Shown: piece by piece, positions 61,949 to 64,000 of the stretch | Layout of the letters: the number at the start of each line of letters is the position of its first letter | Position numbering within the stretch: position 1 is the first letter of the stretch | Source: Ostrea edulis | Lineage: Eukaryota | NCBI RefSeq assembly: GCF_947568905.1 | Contig: NC_079168.1 | Coordinates: 66,278,001-66,342,000, forward strand | Direction of reading: 5' to 3' | DNA: 64,000 nucleotides | Program-made: the position numbers and the translations under genes | The notes under the pieces: model-generated | Seen by the model: only the letters and a program-made list of their open reading frames with translations | Told to the model about the DNA's origin: nothing | Database searches by the model: none

Positions 61949-62351
61949 GTACGTTTATTCATACTTATATAGCATCTGTTTTTTCATATTGCATGTTCCG
62001 TTATTCATTTGCTAGAATCCAACAACATTGATAATTTGAAGATGTTGATGCAAAAATATATGTGTATGGAGCAAAATTCCTTTTGTTTGAGTGTTTTAAT
62101 TACTAAAAAATAAAATATGTAAATGATTTCATAGTTAAATACTTTGTTTTAACAAGTGTTTTTCATTTTGAAATGTTATTTGACAGGAATTAGCATTCCT
62201 GTTTACCTGTTGAAAAATACAGAGGATCTTAATCAGGTCCAGTCCAAAGACTAATTCTACCTATGTAGCTATTAATAGCTACCTAGGTATTTAAACCTAC
62301 TTAAAGTAGCTACTTCTACCTACTTTTACCCATTTTTGAAAATATAAATAA

Positions 62352-62600
62352 ATGATAGAATAGAATAGAATATGATTTATTTCCAAATTAGGGCCCTCTC
62401 GGGCATACAGCATACATGATTGTTAACATTTCAATGTGCAATGACGATAAAAAGAAAAACAAAACGAGTAAAATCTGCACTATTAGTATGAGCAATGTTC
62501 ATACATGAGACGTTTGAACATGATAATACTTATTTGCATTATATGTAAGTACCACCGTGTATCCTAATACAAAACAGTCAGAAATACACATAGGGGGGAA

Positions 62601-62631
<31 letters not shown>

Positions 62632-64000
62632 TATAGATGTCTATATATATACATGTACATAACAACTCTACATGTAATAATAGTAAAGGTAGTAAAGTAC
62701 ATATGATTAACTCCACTGTAATGCAAAAGATACCACGGGACGGTGCATTGGTACTAGATCAACATGTCATGTTTATAATGAGTGCATATGTGCAATATGG
62801 TTTCATATGGTTCACACATAATATACAGTAATACTAGTAGTATGAGCTTAGACAATGTACATAACACGAGACATTACTTGATGTAATATATGTAAGTACC
62901 ACCGTGTATCCTAATGCAAAACAGTCAGAAATACTCACAGGAAGAAAATGATAACAATATATGCAATGACACATAATAATAGTAATAGGCACGTAGTACA
63001 AGTACATATGATTGAATGGAATGCAAAAGATACCACGGGACGGTGCATTGGTACTAAGTCAACATGTCATGTTTACAAGGAGTGCATAATTATGTATAAA
63101 CATATTGGTTTGAACTTTCACATGTTTCATTTTATATTGCTTCTTTAATCAAATCGCAAAGGGCTACAAGTACATCAGTATTTTCACAATTGAGTAACCA
63201 TATTAATCTATTCATGTTGTCAAGACTGGAAAAATGTTCACATTGTTGTTTTATAATTTCATACATGTTCTGCCTGAGTGAGTTATAAGTTAAACATTCA
63301 AAAATTAGATGAATTTCATCACCAATTTTACAAGAAGAACACTTTGTGCAAAATCTTAAATGTCTAGGGATTCCTGAATAACGACCTCGTTCTACTGGTA
63401 AATTGTGCGCTGATGTACGTAATCTTGCGTTGTGCAGGTGGTAAGAGTGTTAAGTAGTTTTCAAAAACAAAATTAGTTTTAAATTTAACATAAGTTTCAA
63501 GTTTTCCATATTGTAAACTTCTGATATGTCCCCATTCTTTCAAATAATGATTGCATAACAATTCCTACATTTTTTCTTAAAAATTGATAGGTTATTGATT
63601 GCAATATGATTGTTTCTAATTCCAACAATTCCAAACAGTTTTTGCACCACACCATACCATGACTGCGATTTTAATGTACAAGCATTATGCTTACTTTGCA
63701 TGTATGCAGCATTTAGTAGAGGAAAAGAAGTACCCAGATTTTCTAATCTGTTTACATATTTTATTATATTTTTCACTACATCAAAATGTAATGGAAACCT
63801 GCCAAGTTCGGATAGTGTTGCAAAGTTTGAGCTTTTTCTATGAAGACCTAGAATAAATTTACAGAATTTTACATGGAGGTTTTCACATTTTAATTTAGAG
63901 TAAAAATCATGTAAGGAGATATCATTGCGATTGAAAAAAGAAGGGCGATTAAAAATTCCCCAAATCTCACTGCCGTAAAGTAAAATTGGCTTGATTGTGT
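62352..64000 (-). mobile_element. 3' part of an L2/CR1-group LINE, running off the window end
   Basis: Minus strand TIKPILLYGSEIWG, KFILG...ELGRFP, ISAHNLPVERGRY..IPR...C..C; duplicated 3' UTR blocks (~62541-62780 and 62889-63075); (TTCTA)n tail at ~62355-62372. Confidence 0.85.

Overview
AT-rich, repeat-dense eukaryotic genomic DNA, most likely a bivalve mollusc and probably an oyster (inferred from gene content and repeat families, not from a database match). Host genes: (i) four tandem, same-strand Cys-loop ligand-gated ion channel genes with uninterrupted ORFs (CDS 2283-3533, 18739-19989, 27789-29033, 30838-32103). They are nicotinic-receptor-like but lack the loop C vicinal cysteines and most aromatic-box residues. 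(ii) A spliced PMF1/NNF1 (Mis12 complex) gene on the minus strand, about 39.9-49.9 kb. (iii) Head-to-head with it, an FKRP-like gene in one coding exon (50188-51669) in which two catalytic aspartate positions are substituted. (iv) The first coding exon of an APLF-like FHA-domain gene (61859-61948). The remainder is mostly decayed mobile DNA: two L2/CR1-type LINE remnants, a Gypsy remnant with a probable long 3' LTR, a near-intact Tc1 element, a Naiad-type Penelope-like element (endonuclease before RT) interrupted by a mariner element, hammerhead-ribozyme repeats including a 337-nt retrozyme-like unit, several tRNA-SINE families, CAG...CTG MITEs with 5-, 6- and 7-bp target duplications, Helentron-like elements carrying satellite arrays, and three minisatellites. 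All alignments, residue equivalences and counts were done by eye and need computational confirmation.
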